DNA of 63,658 bases, filler included, from Octopus bimaculoides (lineage: Eukaryota): assembly GCF_001194135.2 (NCBI RefSeq). It is 7 parts of 6 records of this genome, joined end to end, with 100 filler letters (N's around TTAATTAATTAA, not from the genome) between each part and the next. Parts side by side here need not be neighbours in the genome. Positions count along the whole stretch, not along the records: positions 61,958 to 63,658 come from NC_068983.1; 6 more parts are not named here. One strand, 5' to 3'. The notes below the pieces were generated by a model. The model was given only the letters and a program-made list of their open reading frames with translations. It did no database searches and was not told the origin of the DNA. The translations under genes and the position numbers were made by a program. This document shows, piece by piece, positions 61,958 to 63,658 of this stretch. Within the stretch, counting starts at the first letter, position 1; each line of letters starts with the position of its first letter.

Positions 61958-62985
61958 TATCATAGGATTTGTCAATTGGGTTATAAAAGAGATTTTCTAA
62001 GGTGTTGTTGTTGCCATTGTTGTTATCATTGTATGTGTGGCTGCTCTTGTTGCTGTTGCTGTTGTTATTGTGACGGACGTTGTTGTTGCTGTTGTTCCTG
62101 GTGTGTACGGTGCTGTTCGTGTGGTTGTTGCTATTGCTGTTATCATTGCTGTTGCTGATGGTGGTAGTGTAATCATTATTGTTGTTGGTGGTGGTGGCGG
62201 TGTAGTTATTGTTGCCATTTCCATTGTTATTTCCAAAGTATATCGGAATTGGTTCATCGCTCTTTAGAGTTGTAATTGCATTTTCTTTAGCTTCTTCAGT
62301 TAGGAGCCTCACCTCAACTGTATCAAAGCTACTTCCTCGAATGACGTAGATTTTTATGCCCCAGTATGGGTTTGCGTCGCTCGCTCGATTCGCCTCGTTT
62401 TGATTGAAAAGTATTCGTACTTAATTGTTTTTCCCTCGCATTTTGTATTTCTATCGGCGTAATGAGACAAATAATTCAGCCATTCTTTGAGAGTTGTGTT
62501 TTGACATCTCTAAGTTTCTTTTTCTGAAATGTTTCCTGATTCTAATTTATGACAGGCATATGCAAAACCCGTTCCATTTTGCTTGGAAATTAAAACTGTC
62601 TGCTGTTTTTATAGTATTAATGTTTGTGCAGCTAGTGGAGGTGGAGGTGATAGTGGTAGTCGAGGTCGTGTTTGCATCATTATTATTGTCGTGCTTGTCA
62701 CTGCTAGTGCTGCTCCTGTTGTTGCTGTACAGTGTCTATGTTCACTCTTGACTAGCCGTTACTGGTTATTGCAACAGCCGTCACCCATTTCAATTTGGAG
62801 ACTATGTTTCTTGTTTTAAAATAGGAAATTTTCCAATATATATTTCAAAATATTTTCTCAGGGCCAACTCACTGCAGAGAAAGCGTGTGGGCTTATTAAC
62901 TAGAAGGTCCAGTAATAAACGCAAATAACAATCTTTGAAGCGACAAAATTTAAACAAACCTGGGACAGACGTCTTTTCCAAGTGC
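61958..62985 (-). mobile_element. Tx1/L1-group 5' fragment (5' UTR and decayed ORF1 with Thr/Asn-rich repeat)
   Basis: YWGIKIYVIRGSSFDTVEVRLLTEEAKENAITTLKSDEPIPIYFG aligns with IWKDVTYLSRGKKYGTIEVRFATEDVAKQHSTAKLRNNELVLVPTYL at 13897-14050. The upstream limit is approximate. Confidence 0.6.
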
Positions 62986-62987
62986 AA

Positions 62988-63064
62988 CAACAGCAGCCAC
63001 AACAACGACGACGAGGACGATGACAACAACAACAACAGCAACAACAACAACAACGACGACGATG

Positions 63065-63140
<76 letters not shown>
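62988..63140. repeat. Compound (AAC)/(GAC)/(AAT)n microsatellite
   Basis: Direct triplet runs. Confidence 0.9.
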
Positions 63141-63141
<1 letters not shown>

Positions 63142-63658
63142 GCCCACTCTCGACTGTAGCTACAAATATCCATCGTGGTCTGTCCGGATTCGTGGTTGAT
63201 CAGGTTGGTGAGACAGCTCTTTCCCTTTTTGTGGAAGGGCAGGTCGCCACTTGTGAAACGCTCTGTCTGTTGTCAAAAGCCGTTAAAGCGAGGTTTAGGA
63301 ATGCCTTGGTTAATGATGCGCAGGCATGCGTTAAGATTGAGGCATCTCTGGATTCTCCTGGATGGTGAACGGGTGTGGTCTCCGCTGGCCATACAAATGT
63401 TCCCCGAGTTCAAAAGTTTTTGCGAACAGGAAGCCTGGTGTTTTCGTAGACTGAGGTCGAGTGAACGGAATAAAGAGTGCCATAAAGCCCTCCTGTTATT
63501 CCGGCGCTCAGGCAACGCCAGCGGTGGGGGTTCCACACGGATTTTATATAGTGGGTTGGTAGAGTCTGAATGTGACGATGGCCTGGGGGCGACTCTAGGT
63601 CTCGGGTTTATTCAACTGAACAGCCTGTTCCGTCGTACATTCGGGTTGAGAACGTTGG
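63141..63658 (+). mobile_element. Tx1/L1-group ORF2 fragment (post-RT region), 5'-truncated, running off the window
   Basis: FPFLWKGRSPLVKRSVCCQKPLKRGLGMPWLMMRRHALRLRHL..GERVWSPL...LYSGLVE..DDGLGATLG...LFRRTF aligns with 17795-18190 (VRRSICCQHPTNGGLRMLWLLMRRHALRLRH...LFRRTF). Confidence 0.88.

Overview
AT-rich, microsatellite-saturated animal genomic DNA with many N gaps. It is most likely Octopus: this is an inference from the SINE, RTE, Tx1/L1, R4/Dong and Penelope repertoire and the microsatellite density, not a database result. I find no confidently supported host protein-coding gene; nearly all listed ORFs are translations of microsatellites, N runs or decayed transposons. The window is not one contig. 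Six identical 100-bp joins (44 N + TTAATTAATTAA + 44 N) cut it into seven pieces (1-8465, 8566-19864, 19965-41667, 41768-47085, 47186-57059, 57160-61857, 61958-63658), so adjacency across those joins is unproven. Main content: a near full-length but dead Tx1/L1-group LINE (about 13.2-19.0 kb) plus relics; R4/Dong-type LINE fragments stacked in (AAT)n; two decayed RTE LINEs; a Penelope RT/GIY-YIG relic; two Helitron segments; Tc1/mariner, IS630-like, hAT and piggyBac-type relics or MITEs; and at least four tRNA-headed SINE families. Best novelty candidate: a tRNA-headed SINE (two divergent copies, 930-1510) whose 3' half folds as a minimal type I hammerhead ribozyme of the Penelope kind. Other leads: a perfect 36-bp hairpin (27991-28065), a non-coding 540-bp (AAT)n-flanked element, a CpG-depleted block (47.2-57.1 kb), and short deletions removing the RT catalytic aspartates in two unrelated LINEs. 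All alignments and motif calls were made by eye, and repeat boundaries are approximate.
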